A DNA stretch of 63,672 nucleotides, filler included, from Octopus bimaculoides (GCF_001194135.2; 6 parts of 6 records of this genome joined end to end with filler, not necessarily neighbours in it); one strand, 5' to 3'; shown: positions 39,120-53,178, counted from the first letter of the whole stretch. Notes: a model not told the origin generated them from the letters alone. Translations and numbers: made by a program.

Positions 39120-39385
39120 GTGCTGCATTCAAATGCTGACGAGTCCGACTTTGCCTTTCATCCTTTCAGGTTTGATAACATAAATTCCAATTGAGTACTG
39201 GGTTTGATGTAACCGACCTGCCCACTCATCCGAATCTCCTACCAAAATTTGAAACCGGTATCAGGTAAAAGCCATCTGGCATAGAATTGACAGAGTCAGT
39301 AGAACGTCGGACAGAACGTTCCAAAACATTTATTCTGACTCTGCGTTCTGAGTTCATAACCTGTAGAGGTAAGATTTTTGTTTCA
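39120..39385 (+). mobile_element. SINE family E fragments
   Basis: CCGACTTTGCCTTTCATCCTTTCAGG...GAGTACTGGG..TGATGTAACCGAC, followed by a second degraded head. Confidence 0.65.
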
Positions 39386-41046
39386 TCTATTTGGGGTCCA
39401 CCAAAATGTACCAGTCCATACCGGTATGGAACTCGAGAACGTTAAACCAAATACCTGGCGATATCTATTTAGAGATTTTTGCGTTCGGATTTCAAATCTT
39501 AATACCACCACCTAATATCTCTGGGAACTTTAGCAACGTAAACTATATTGGAATCAGGCATGCCAGGTTCCAGATTTAAGCACATCCCTCTTCTCAACCT
39601 ACGAAGTTCAGAGACAGTTCATAAATATGATAAAAATTTCCCTCCTGACTAAAAGATAATACAAAATATCAGAAACCAGCCTCGGTTACAAGCTTTCAAA
39701 TAATGCTTTCAACTAGAAAGAAAGGTGTCTTTATCTTTCATAAAATGGATCCTTTTCAAGAACAATATCGCTTACATCCACCTTTCGAAGGCCAAAGTAG
39801 ACTGACGGAATATGGTTATATGCTTATTCACTGTCTACACTCTTTATTCCAAGAAACCAAGAAAACTTTAGGTGGTTGTAAGAAACAGAAGCAGTCTTCC
39901 ACACATCACACGCTACCGTCTTTCAGAAACGAAGGAAAGAGTAGATTATTTAGTTCCTAATATGAAAAATACAAATGTGGCTTAAGGTTGAGACACAAAA
40001 ACATAAATAATTGCAAATTCTCATAGATGCGGCCGAATGAGGTTATAATATGAAAATTGTGGCACAGAGAAATCACTACAAGCATCCATATAGTTTGGTA
40101 TTTATTTTGAAACAAATAGCATGTTTTCACAGTAAATTATATTTAAATACGAAACATATGTTTTGTATATACGTACACAGAAACAAATATAGACGAACAC
40201 AAGCTAATACATACTCAGAAATAACACACAGACAGCCACCTATACATATTCACACGAACTCACGAACACACACTGCATTCTTCAATATGTAAGCCTTATG
40301 AAGAGAAGTCAATGCTAAATCTTCTTATACATTAGGAAATGACATGACGTGAGTAAAATTCAGTGAAGAAGAAGGTTATTCAAGAGGAAAGATAAAATAA
40401 TATGCGCAATGTTTTAGTAAAGCAGCTTAGATGCCTTCCCATTAAGATTCACCAAATAATATAACCGTTCTTCTTGATGCAGTTCACAACACGAAAGGAA
40501 ATAGATATTTCTTAATTCTTCTACCAGCCTTTGTCTTTTCTTTGTGTGTGTGTGCTTTTCTTTTTTGTTCAGAATAATACAAAACATATATATTGATGTT
40601 GTCTTATATTGGTGCAGCATTGATTTCTGGTATAATTCCTCAATTGCCGCCAATTTACGCTATAAAGCTATTCTCATAGATCGAATTTATAATTTTGTTT
40701 TAAATTTTTTTTTCTTTTCTCTTTTTACGTCGTGGTTACGAAAATTGTTCTCAACTTACTTGAAATGGGCGTATGAACTTCCCAAGAATGGTGAGTCTTA
40801 ATTATGGTGGTCATCTTAGAATATAACTATTGCAGGAAATATAAAAGCATAGGGACTTTTAAATCACTTGTGCTTTTTTTTTTACCAGTAAAGGCACATC
40901 CCACTTTCACCGCCTAATGATGTCATTTTTAATTCAAGTTCTACATACATATATAAATATATATGTGCGTGCGTGTGCGTGTGTGCGTGTGTGGTGTATG
41001 TGTATGGTTATACATATATTTGTATATATATATGTATGTATATATA

Positions 41047-42264
41047 CAGGGGTTGGACAAAATAATTGGAACAGTAGCAATTTAACTCCAATATTTCAAT
41101 GAGCTATTATATTACGAAAATCCATCAAAATTTCATTTTGAGGGCTAGTTTTGTATTGTAGATGGTTTTATCTATCTAATTTAATGACTATTTCTGTCTC
41201 TTTTTCATATAAATTGAGCTAAGATGCATGAATTCACTGAGTTCGAAAAAGGGAAAATTGTCAGAGCTCGAATAGAAGGAGCGTCCGTCACTAGAACAGC
41301 CGAACTCCTTGGTTTTTTGAGAGCTACCATATCAATGATCATGACTGAATTTGAGAAACAAGGCTAAATCTCCAGCAGGAGGAGTAAGTCCGGCAGGCAT
41401 TTGAAGCCCACTGAAAGATACCGTCGAATGTTGAATCGTTTTGTGATGAAAAATCACCAGACAACTGCCCCTAAAGTGATTACAGAGTTGAATCAACATC
41501 TCACTAGTACAGTTTTGGCCAAAAGTGTTCGCCATGAGATCAATAAACCCGGATATCATGGATGAGCTACCATCAGGAAACCTCTGCTTATTCATCGAAA
41601 CATTCAGAAAAGGCTGAACTGGTGTAGTGATCATTTGGGCTGGTTGACAAACCAATAGAAGCAAGTGATATTCTCCCACAAATCCAGTTTTTCTCTTTTC
41701 CCCACTGCAGGGCGAGTTTATGTGTGGATGCAGCCTGGAGAAACTTTTAATCTTGACTGCTGTGTTGTACAGTGAAGCACAGAAGAGGGTCTGTGATGGT
41801 TTGGGCAGCCATTTCTTGAACTTTTCTTGGTCCAATCGTTGTTCTATATGGTAGGATCAATAGCAATGATTATCTGAATATTTTAAGAAATCGAGTCCTT
41901 CCTATGGTCCAGACATTATTCCCTGATGGTGAGTGCAGCTTCCAAGATGATGATGCTCCAATACACATCTCTCAAGTGATTACCAATTGATATGAAGAAC
42001 ATAGTAGTGAGCTATAACTCATGGAGCGGGCCCGTCAATCTCCAGATGTTAATATTATTGAGCTTCTGTGGTGCATCTTGTAGTAACAAGTTAGAAGTCG
42101 TTACCCCCCCCCCCATCGTCGTGTCTGTAACAGCCGGAGCAGATTTTGCCGGAAGAATGGCTCAAGATTCCTCTCAATGAAATCAGGAGGCTGTTTGAAT
42201 CAATTCCTAAACGCATCGAAGTTGTTCATTGAACATGTCTTCCAATTATTTTGACCATCCCTTG
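41047..42264 (+). mobile_element. Tc1-family (DD34E) transposon, full length but inactivated
   Basis: TIRs CAGGGGTTGGACAAAATAATTGGAA / TTCCAATTATTTTGACCATCCCTTG in TA-rich flanks; transposase from ATG 41224 (MHEFTEFEKGKIVRARIEGASVTRTAELLG...KRLNWC...VIFSHKSSF...FQDDDAPIH...QSPDVNIIELLW) with stops and frameshifts. Confidence 0.93.
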
Positions 42265-44147
42265 CATATATATATATATGTATATATATATACATATGCC
42301 CATTTATTAGACTATTTTCCTTTGTCATTGCACGGTGATCGCCATAAGCTTTAAGCTTATATAAAAATAACATTATTATTATTTTCAGGATTGTAAACTC
42401 GGCAGTGTATAAACAAAATTCGCACCGAAACATATTTATATATATATATATATATATATNNNNNNNNNNNNNNNNNNNNNNNNNNNNNNNNNNNNNNNNN
42501 NNNNNNNNNNNNNNNNNNNNNNNNNNNNNNNNNNNNNNNNNNNNNNNNNNNNNNNNNNNNNNNNNNNNNNNNNNNNNNNNNNNNNNNNNNNNNNNNNNNN
42601 NNNNNNNNNNNNNNNNNNNNNNNNNNNNNNNNNNNNNNNNNNNNNNNNNNNNNNAAATATATAGTTTTAGGGAAAATAACCAAGTTTCAAGAACTCATCC
42701 ATGAAAATCCACTATCACATATAGAAAAAATTAATAATTAAAAGCACAATAAATGAGTATAATATAAAACAAAGTAAATATCATAAGATAAAGATAGTAA
42801 TATTATCTTTATCTTATGATATTTACTTTGTTTTATATTATACTCATTTATTGTGCTTTTAATTATTAAGTTTTCTATATGTGATAGTGGATTTTCATGG
42901 ATGAGTTCTTGAAACTTGGTTATTTTCCTTAAAACTATATATCGTATATATATAAAGATAATTAAGGGATCAGCAACAGTTGTTTCACCACATACCGAAG
43001 TTCAGAAATAGCAGCTAATATGCTGAGACTCCAACAGATAGCATTACTTGTAACTCACAAAAGCAAAACAAGAAGAAAAAAACGAACCTAACCAGTCGTA
43101 AGTTAATCATAGACGCGTTTCTGGATTAGAAGGGAAAAAAACTCTACATTTCCTCATCAGTATGATATTCCAGTTGCAAATTCGACGACGCTAGCAATTG
43201 TGCATGCATGACCGAGCGATATCATGCATCGGCACAATTTGAAACCATCTCCGAACCTACATAGGCCAGCCAGTTCTTATCCCTCCTCAAGAATTACCAT
43301 GTGCGTCACAAGCAATACCGCAGAAAATCTGCCGTTTACTATCAGGGAGTGAATAATTATTACAATTAAAAGGGTAAAGGATTATCAATTTATTAATTTA
43401 TTAATAAATTAATAAATTGATAATCCTTTACCCTTTTAATTGTAATAATTATTCACTCCCTGATAGTAAACGGCAGATTTTCTGCGGTATTGCTTGTGAC
43501 GCACATGGTAATTCTTGAGGAGGGATAAGAACTGGCTGGNNNNNNNNNNNNNNNNNNNNNNNNNNNNNNNNNNNNNNNNNNNNNNNNNNNNNNNNNNNNN
43601 NNNNNNNNNNNNNNNNNNNNNNNNNNNNNNNNNNNNNNNNNNNNNNNNNNNNNNNNNNNNNNNNNNNNNNNNNNNNNNNNNNNNNNNNNNNNNNNNNNNN
43701 NNNNNNNNNNNNNNNNNNNNNNNNNNNNNNNNNNNNNNNNNNNNNNNNNNNNNNNNNNNNNNNNNNNNNNNNNNNNNNNNNNNNNNNNNNNNNNNNNNNN
43801 NNNNNNNNNNNNNNNNNNNNNNNNNNNNNNNNNNNNNNNNNNNNNNNNNNNNNNNNNNNNNNNNNNNNNNNNNNNNNNNNNNNNNNNNNNNNNNNNNNNN
43901 NNNNNNNNNNNNNNNNNNNNNNNNNNNNNNNNNNNNNNNNNNNNNNNNNNNNNNNNNNNNNNNNNNNNNNNNNNNNNNNNNNNNNNNNNNNNNNNNNNNN
44001 NNNNNNNNNNNNNNNNNNNNNNNNNNNNNNNNNNNNNNNNNNNNNNNNNNNNNNNNNNNNNNNNNNNNNNNNNNNNNNNNNNNNNNNNNNNNNNNNNNNN
44101 NNNNNNNNNNNNNNNNNNNNNNNNNNNNNNNNNNNNNNNNNNNNNNN

Positions 44148-44192
<45 letters not shown>

Positions 44193-45204
44193 AAGAAAAT
44201 CAGGGGTACAGTAAAGTGCGACAACCAAAATATGACTCAGTAGTTGGCCCCCACAATCTACTACGGTATAGTAAGACACGAGGAGTCAAATTCGAGATAG
44301 GTTAGAGTGCAGAATACATGTCAAATAATAGGGAAAAATGTAGAGTAACTAGATGTGGCATTCAAAGCTTTATGAACAACGCACGATGAAGTGAAATGCG
44401 AGATTGCATGTTTCTTACATATTTATGTAATTATTTCGGCATTTTGACGAAACATGCGTATGTCCTATAACTTTGAGTACGACAGCTGCTTTCTGCTTCT
44501 TATTTTGTGTGTGAGTGTGTGTGCATGTGTGTGTACGGGCGCATATGTGTGTTACGCCTTTGCTCGTTGCAAGTATTAGAGTGCGGAGCCACGCTGGAGC
44601 AATGCGGTACAAGTTTACCGACCGCAAAACTTTGTTTAAAACAATAGATTAAGTACCAGATTTAACAAAACCATAAATACTGGGGTCCATAGATTCAACT
44701 ACAAATTCTTCAAAGCGATACTCCAGCATGGACGAAGTCTAATGATTGAAAATATAGAAGGTAAAATAAAATCATGAACCAGTGAGCTGGCACAAACTTT
44801 GCTCTTGGAAAAATTATCTTCCATTATATCTGTGATCAAATTCTACCAGGTTTACCTTTCTTTTTTATCCCTCCGATGTCGGCATCATTAAGTACTCGGC
44901 AAGCCCTGGTCTAAATGGGGTCGTTTTACCCTGTTCCTCATGCGTAAATTACAAACAAATCTTATTTATGACTCGATATATTTAGTACAATCTCCTATCG
45001 TTTTTTGAACAGTTGTGACATAAACACACGCGCACACAGACCTACACACATATACACATATGTCTTAATTTATTCTGTGTTACGATTTAGAAGCGGTGCA
45101 CGGCACCCGAGGAAAGTTTATCGAATGGATGCATTCCCTATTGTATATTACACAAGTCAGAACATACGTATTAGATGATCTCAAAATATCACTTCTGATT
45201 TCAT

Positions 45205-45422
45205 ATATATACATAAATTGTTTTTACAATTTTGAAAATTCAGAGAAAAATGAAAAATAAGAATTATTCAACAGAGTTTATTGACGAACAAAAGAAGTAT
45301 TATTGGATACACTAGAACACTCCCATGCGTGGTCCATTGGTTGCATAAACCGTATCCTGAAAATGAAACAAAATAAATTGTGAAAGTTGTAAAGGATAAT
45401 TTATGAACGCCCAGTGTGTATA
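45205..45422. mobile_element. Small Tc1/mariner-like MITE remnant
   Basis: Right end reverse-complements to TACACTGGGCGTTCATAAATTATCCTTTACAACT; a degenerate CATAAATTGTTTTTACAATT near 45212 may be the other TIR. Confidence 0.35.
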
Positions 45423-45829
45423 CACACATGCACACGCACATACACACACATATATGTATATATATATATATATATATATNNNNNNNNNNNNNNNNNNNNN
45501 NNNNNNNNNNNNNNNNNNNNNNNNNNNNNNNNNNNNNNNNNNNNNNNNNNNNNNNNNNNNNNNNNNNNNNNNNNNNNNNNNNNNNNNNNNNNNNNNNNNN
45601 NNNNNNNNNNNNNNNNNNNNNNNNNNNNNNNNNNNNNNNNNNNNNNNNNNNNNNNNNNNNNNNNNNNNNNNNNNNNNNNNNNNNNNNNNNNNNNNNNNNN
45701 NNNNNNNNNNNNNNNNNNNNNNNNNNNNNNNNNNNNNNNNNNNNNNNNNNNNNNNNNNNNNNNNNNNNNNNNNNNNNNNNNNNNNNNNNNNNNNNNNNNN
45801 NNNNNNNNNNNNNNNNNNNNNNNNNNNNN

Positions 45830-45902
<73 letters not shown>

Positions 45903-47209
45903 GCGCTCGTGTGCGCATGTGTTTATATTCTACTGTATGTGCCTGTGTGTTTGTGCTTCTGTATACCGGTGAACATTTATATATGGAAGTGCGAGGGTAA
46001 AATAAGTACTGAGTTTGTAATGATCGTCGATTAAAAATCCTTCGTGGCGGTATCTCACCAAGGCTTCATGCCAATATCTAAAACTAGTGAAAGAATAAAA
46101 GATTAAAAGAATGTAGGTTTCGCTTTTAGAAATGATTCACCCCCACCCCCTCTTCAGAATTAGCGAGATTTGAATGTGTTTGGAATGGACACATCAGTGT
46201 TTGATATAATACAAATTATTGAACCATCGCCAACACTTTATTGACTGAGCTACCAAAGACATTATACCATAAAGCGACTGTCAATTAACTTATTGATGTC
46301 CATTTGATCGATATCACCAGTTGATATTGGTGAGATCAATACACCCTGCAGCTTCTAATTAGACAAACGTACATGGTTAATGCGATATAGGTTGTGTAAC
46401 AGAACCGGTAGATATCACTACATGAATAGCTGTGGTTTAACGATCTTAGATTGAGAATTTAATGCGAAGACACGGACAGTGAAATGAAACAGTCCACAAA
46501 CGTTAGAATAATGAAAATCTTTAGCATAGAAGAAGCTGGATAACCGGATATTTGTCTTATATTCTTTCAACTTTGTGAATTGCAATAACGCTAGCATCGA
46601 CTTTGTACTTTAACAAATCGAAATCGAGAAATGAAATACTTCTAATATAATTAAGTCGCTCAGTACAATCGACTCTAATTCGCTAATCTAACAGCTTGAT
46701 GATCCAGTAGAGCTTTGATCACGTTTTCCACTTACTCTAATCATTCTTTATTTTCCCTATATTTTGCTGTTTAGTCTGGAAGGCAAAGAGAGGGTTTAAT
46801 ACCCCGTGCGTCTTTTTTTTTTCTTTTCGGGGTTCCAGAAACCAGAGGCTAAAGCCGGCCACTTATATCACCAAATTATGCAAATCGAAGAAGTTTTTAA
46901 AACTCACTCAATGAGAAGTAAATGGTGCTATGCTGGGCGTTGGAGTGAATATGACACCCAAGAACTCAGGAGAGAAAACGGTAGAACGGTCTAACAATTC
47001 CGTCATATCTACATTTCTGGAATGGAATTCCATGATATAGATCCAGAAAGATACAAAGGCATATGTAACCTCGTTAGGATTTATCCAGTATGTCATAAAC
47101 TCCTTACTCNNNNNNNNNNNNNNNNNNNNNNNNNNNNNNNNNNNNNNNNNNNNTTAATTAATTAANNNNNNNNNNNNNNNNNNNNNNNNNNNNNNNNNNN
47201 NNNNNNNNN

Positions 47210-47248
<39 letters not shown>

Positions 47249-48109
47249 CATATATTTATATACATATATATATATATATATACATAAATTTATGTATTTA
47301 TGTAATGCATGAAACCTAAGATAGTGTCGAAAATCCACAAATAAATATATGTATATGTGCGAATGTATATTTATATATATACATGTTTGCATATACATGC
47401 ATACATACATACATTTATACCTACCTACCTACCTACCTACATACATACATACATACATACATACATAGGTACTGTGTCATTAGTTTAAAAATTCAAAGCC
47501 CTCAATTTAATGTGGGGTATGAAATATATTAGAAAAAATACATTCGGCTTCACTGTTCATTATCATATTGATAGTTTTGTAAGCTCTAGTAATTGTGCGT
47601 CTAAACAGATTTCATTGCTCTTCAGAGGAGTTAGTTCCATTCGACCAGAACGAGGTTGGCTACTACTTGCAGTTAGTAGTGCAGAAGATATTATAATTAT
47701 ATGCATAGTGATAGATTGTCTGTCACCACTTGATCGAAAAAGCACAACTTTAGAAATGCAGTTTTCTGTATATATGATGCATATACACTCTTATACTGAT
47801 GTACTTAAGTATGTGCATACAGAAACATACATACAGATAGACAGTGTAATTATGTATTTATTGTGGATGTGACATTTTTCATAGTTCCATGTGAGGTGTG
47901 AAGGGGAGTGGTGAAAGTAATGACAGGTGAAGATGTAAAGGAAGAAATAGTGATTGTGTGAAAGTTGTGAGAATAATAGCAATGAAGAAATAAAAATAGA
48001 AAAGAGAAAAATGAAAAAAGGAATGAAAGAATAGAAAATGTTCGAGAGTGGTATTATGTGCTAGTTTGCATGACATTGTTCTGTCTCTGGCCTATTGGTA
48101 TCAGTAAAG

Positions 48110-48730
48110 ATACGTTGGTGGATTCGCTTATCGTTGTATTTATCGAAGTGTCTGCATTTTTTGAGAATTTCAGATCTTGGGTTTAAGTAAGGTGCACACG
48201 TATTACAGAGGATGATGCTCTTGTTAGTTGTGCAAAGGTAACCGTTCCTAGGTTTTAATAGTTTGGACCTTTTATGTATTCTTCACTGTGCAGTGAATTT
48301 TTTGCAGTGAATTCTTTACCACGTTCTTTAAATTTCCATATGTGATTCGACAGTTTTCTGGCGTTCTTCATTTTAGTATGAAGATAGCAATTTGGTTGTT
48401 ATATCGTCGATTTAATTTGCCTTCTGCCATGTGTAAATTCAGTTTTTATTCAGTAGCCAGGTTCAGTATTGAAGTCAGCTTGGTATACTGCTAGTCGTGC
48501 GTAGCAGGACATGTTTAGGGAGCATTATGTGATTGAATCTTTGAAGTTGCATAGAACCTTGATGTTGCTTGTCTGAGTTCTTGTTATGAGGATTCCAATT
48601 CTAGTTTTGAAGGAGGAGTGTCGATTGAAATATTTTCTCTATCTTTGGTTTATGAAGAAGTTTTTATCTATTGACACTGAAATTTTTATTCCCAATGTTA
48701 GCCTTGATGTTAAGCAAGGTGTAAACCATA
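48110..48730 (-). mobile_element. Penelope-like GIY-YIG endonuclease remnant
   Basis: Minus-strand pieces AVYQA, ARKLSNHIWKFKERG and NTCAPYLNPRSEILKKCRHFDKY match the PLE C-terminal pattern LSxHIWxLK...LLNxRSELxxKCRH. Confidence 0.8.
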
Positions 48731-49876
48731 AAATTTCACACCGTCTTTTTGTGTTTTTCGTAGTGTGTACATATGCATATATGTACGTGTATACATGCAT
48801 ATATTGTATACGTATACATGTATCTATTAAATGTACGTGCATATTTGTATATCATAGTATGTCTTTACGTGCAAGTATGTGTGAGTGCGTTTATCCGCTG
48901 CACTACTAACAGCTTCGTTCTCGCTGAATAAAAAATAGTGTTACTGAAGAGTGAGAATTACGGTTTTTATAGCACTAAGGCTTCATTTTGTGAATATAGA
49001 TCACATATATCTGTACACATATGTCTAATGTATGCACGTGTATATACGTATATATGCATAAGTGTATGTGTTACGCAAATAATGAAAAATTGACACCTTC
49101 GCTACTCTAGTTTATGTAGGCTGAGCCCAATCACTAACCACTTATGTTGTATATCAAGGAATCATTCACATATTTATTTCATATAATATTTGGTATTAGT
49201 CAACAATTGTTTTAATTGTGTACGTGAGAAAGGTAAACTGTTAGACATTCGTTAGATTCTTGTGCTTGAAACAATAGTCTTGTATGAGAAGTGATTTTTT
49301 TTTTGTCGAATTTACTTTCCCTTGTACTGCAATGCTGTTATTTAGATTCTACTTCTTACTGTGTTTGCATTTAGAAACCAATTCATGTATTTTGTTTGGA
49401 ATGTGTAAACATAGGATATTTTCTCGACAATCCGTGCTTCAAATGTTTAGACCTTCTGTTGACTGTTTATTGCTTATGTTGTTGATATGAAGATATGCTT
49501 AAATAAAATTGTTACATTTCCCAGACGTAATTAGACAGAGACTCCTGAATCTTTTCTAACAAACTAGCATTACATGGTATCTTCAAACATTCAACTGATG
49601 AGAGAGTCGTTATTTAGAATATTTCAATTTCAGGTTCTTTTAGATTGTCGATTATTTTCTGCTAGTATTTTTGTTTTTATATGTATTTTAATAGGTACGC
49701 AACAGTAGCTAACTTTAAAATTTATTTTGTCAAATTGCTTATAGCACTTGTACAAACATGGAAATGATTCCTGATTCACGCTCAAAATTTCCTCAGGACA
49801 AGCACAAAACACCATGCTATCTGAACAGAGTAAATAGAAAACAATCTCCCTCTCTCTCTCTTTCTCTTTCTCTCAC

Positions 49877-49923
<47 letters not shown>

Positions 49924-50393
49924 TCACACACTGATGCATATAAACGCACATACCCCCCCCACACACACACACACATTATCTGTTTAAAACAAATTCGTCA
50001 TTGTTTCCGAGAAATCCCTGTTCCAATGAGGCTTGTTTTAACGTTTCCTAAATGTTAATCGTTGTTGATAAATGAAGCATAAATACACACATTCTCACAT
50101 GCATATATGCATATGCATACCTAGATAATTACGTGCATGTTGATATACACATACTTACTGTACACACATGCATACATGCAAAACGATAGATACACACGCA
50201 AAGCAGTACTAAAAAAAATAAATTTTGATGTAACGAAAATTAACAATATTACATTAGGTTAAATTTTGTGTATCGTGTCAATCATCGTGTCAATCATCCT
50301 TGCTTTTTACTAATAATTGATTGGAAAGCAATGAAACACTCGTGAAAAGAGGACGTGAGCACACATATCCATCTCAATGCGTGCGTTTGCTAT

Positions 50394-50425
<32 letters not shown>

Positions 50426-50670
50426 CTATGCATTATATACTCTAACTTTATGCATTTAGTTCTGAAATTCACCGCTTGGTGAATCATTAGAAACACACAT
50501 ACCCACACAACATATGTATGTGTGTGTGTGTGTGTGCGAGCGTATCTATGTATATGTAATGAAAAATAACGAACAAAATGGAAAAGAAAGAGAAAAGAGA
50601 TAATACCGGAGAGACAAGTTTTAATATATATTGCATTAATTTTAAGGCTTAAAAGAAGGAAGGGAAATTA

Positions 50671-50706
50671 TCTTAACCTTTCGGACGTTTTTCCTTCATC
50701 AGAAGG
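50671..50706 (-). ncRNA. Minimal hammerhead-ribozyme-like motif
   Basis: CCUU-CUGAUGA-A-GGA(AAAACG)UCC-GAAA-G-GUU-AAGA; G at 15.2 where C is expected; 3-bp stem I; pyrimidine-rich tail follows. Confidence 0.5.
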
Positions 50707-50719
50707 AAATCATAAGCAT

Positions 50720-51342
50720 CGCAGCATTAAGAAAGAGGAAAAGTGGGTGAGAAGGAAAATCATAAAGGCACGGCTATGTTTCATTCCTTGTTACTTGATC
50801 GAAAGAAAGTGAATTCATTGAATTCAATGCTTACAAAGGATCAGAACAGACTTCCACTCTTTTCTCGTTCAAATCGGGTGTCAGCCGCCGAAATACCAAC
50901 TTTGCACACACTTTCTGATACCAAAATCTTCCATCTTCTGTAATCAATTGAGGCCACAGTTCAGTTGTACAGTAAGTTCAGGAATTATAACTTGTCTGTC
51001 TGCGCGAATCAATCTGTCTACTCACTGAAGATTCGTTTCTCACTGCATGCTTTGCCTTCAATGATAGTTTCCCAGTCTTTAAAACTTCTGCATCCATCTG
51101 TGCACATAGTACATATCAATGGTGCCATCTCTGAAAATAAATTGTAACTTTCTAAGAATATCATTAAAAATTCAATAACGGTACATTGGTCTGCTTGGAA
51201 CACATTATTTGCCTGCATCGAAGAACAGTCAGTAGACTTACTGTAGAGGAAAAGTTACTTTACTAACAAGTGCAAGATGAACGACCTATGCCAGTTAATA
51301 AAGTTCTACCCAGTTTTGCATTACTTTCGAGACAGCCCTCCA

Positions 51343-51343
<1 letters not shown>
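50720..51343 (-). mobile_element. Mariner transposase N-terminal remnant with 5' TIR
   Basis: Minus-strand pieces ADRQVIIPEL, KLVFRRLTPDLNEKRVEVC and DQVTRNET resemble mariner DRRVTI, KVCARWVPRxLTPD and VTGDET (frameshifted); TIR-like GAGGGCTGTCTCGAAAGTAATGCA near 51320-51343. Confidence 0.75.
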
Positions 51344-51401
<58 letters not shown>

Positions 51402-52002
51402 TGTGTGTGCGCGCGTGTGTGTGTATGTTTGTGTATATATATACACGTCTCTACGTATATGTACATGTTTGTCTGTGTGTATATAATATATGCATGCATG
51501 TATTCATAATATGTGTGTGTTGTTTACACGAACAAAGATAATCAATACATATAGCTTTTATAGAGTTTCATGCCTAATTGATTAATTAATTAATCGATCA
51601 TCAAGCAAATAACGTTTTCTGACAATACTGGAATATTTAACATAAGAAGGTTGTATGGTGGTATGTGCAAGCTGGGCTGGAAATAAGTCGTTTCCCTTCA
51701 ATGCTTGGAGAATTGAATACAATGTACGGATAATAAAATAAGAACATAAACGTTGTAGCTCCACCTGAGGAAGAGAAAAATAAAATGTTTATGTGTAAAC
51801 AGTAAAAACAGACTGGGGAAGGAGGAGGAGGAAGAGAGAAGGAACAGATGAAAGAAAAATGGAAAGGGTACAATGCAAAATAAGAATGGAAATAAAATAA
51901 TAAGATAAACGAATATTAGTTTAGAAATACAACAGAGGTTAGAATTCAATGTCAACTAATAAAGCATATATACTTTTAGAATTATACTTTCATGCACATA
52001 CG

Positions 52003-52034
<32 letters not shown>

Positions 52035-52301
52035 AAAAATGCATATACATACATATGTATCTCTCTCTCTCTCTCTCTATATNNNNNNNNNNNNNNNNNN
52101 NNNNNNNNNNNNNNNNNNNNNNNNNNNNNNNNNNNNNNNNNNNNNNNNNNNNNNNNNNNNNNNNNNNNNNNNNNNNNNNNNNNNNNNNNNNNNNNNNNNN
52201 NNNNNNNNNNNNNNNNNNNNNNNNNNNNNNNNNNNNNNNNNNNNNNNNNNNNNNNNNNNNNNNNNNNNNNNNNNNNNNNNNNNNNNNNNNNNNNNNNNNN
52301 N

Positions 52302-52329
<28 letters not shown>

Positions 52330-52333
<4 letters not shown>

Positions 52334-53178
52334 AGATGCGGTAAATATATTGTCGTCTAACTTACGTAAAAATGAAAATAACATTGATATCTCATTTTAA
52401 CAAATATGTTTACCAAAATTACATTAAAATTTCTTCAATAAAATCGCCATTGGCCTCCAGACGACTTCTGAATCTCCCGCAACTCTTCTGGGTGGTCTCC
52501 TTGTTTAAGTTAGTGAATGCTGCACTATTCCTTGCCTTCAATTCATCTTTGGTGTTACAAGGAGTTTTGTTGGTCTCTCGCTCAACTGCGCCCCACACAT
52601 AATAACCAAGTAGGTTGCAGTGTAGGGAGTTAGGTAACCAGATGTTAGGGGTGATTTGGTCGCAGAAATTGTCTGACAGCCATGACTGGGTTCTCCTGCT
52701 TGTGTGGCATGGTGTAGAGTTCTGTTGCCATACATAGGGTCTTCCAGCAGCCATCCTTTTGACCCAGGGCAGCACTACCTACTCCAGGCACTTGATGTAG
52801 GCCTCCATGTTGAGTCTGAGACCGTTGGGGGGGAAGATGAATGGTGGCATAATGTCGCCATCACTAGTGAATACTCCAAACACCATGATGTTGACTGGAT
52901 GTTTAATTTTTATCGCCCTCGGTACATGTTTTAGGGACCCGGCAAACGAACAGTTGTTCTGTGTGTTCACCATCTGTTCGGATTGGAGCTTCCGGCGCGA
53001 ATGCCGAGTAGTACAGAAAATCGTTAACAAATTTCTGGCGGAGTAAATTGCGTCATGGTGCTGTTTTTCATATAGACGGTGCACAAATGATCCTACTATA
53101 CTGTGTAGTCGACAAAATTCGACAAAATGCGCGAAATTTAAAATATAAACGGTGACGATTTACCCATCGTACCCTGTA
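52330..53178 (-). mobile_element. maT-type (DD37D) element, internally deleted
   Basis: Degenerate TIRs with TA ends; IKHPVNIMVFGVFTSDG...YVWQQNSTPCHTSRRTQSWLSDNFCDQITPNIWLPNSLHCNLLGYYVWG; 37 residues between the second and third catalytic positions when read with the 3.5-kb copy. Confidence 0.92.

Noticed and set aside
41332-41835. 167-aa minus-strand ORF
   Set aside because: Antisense to the decayed Tc1 transposase; no independent coding signal.
42657-42942. 286-bp near-perfect palindrome
   Set aside because: Starts at a gap edge, arms are about one short-read length and almost identical: probably a contig-end foldback artefact. Long reads would settle it.
43266-43539. 274-bp palindrome, near-perfect arms
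   Set aside because: Ends exactly at a gap with read-length arms; same artefact signature.
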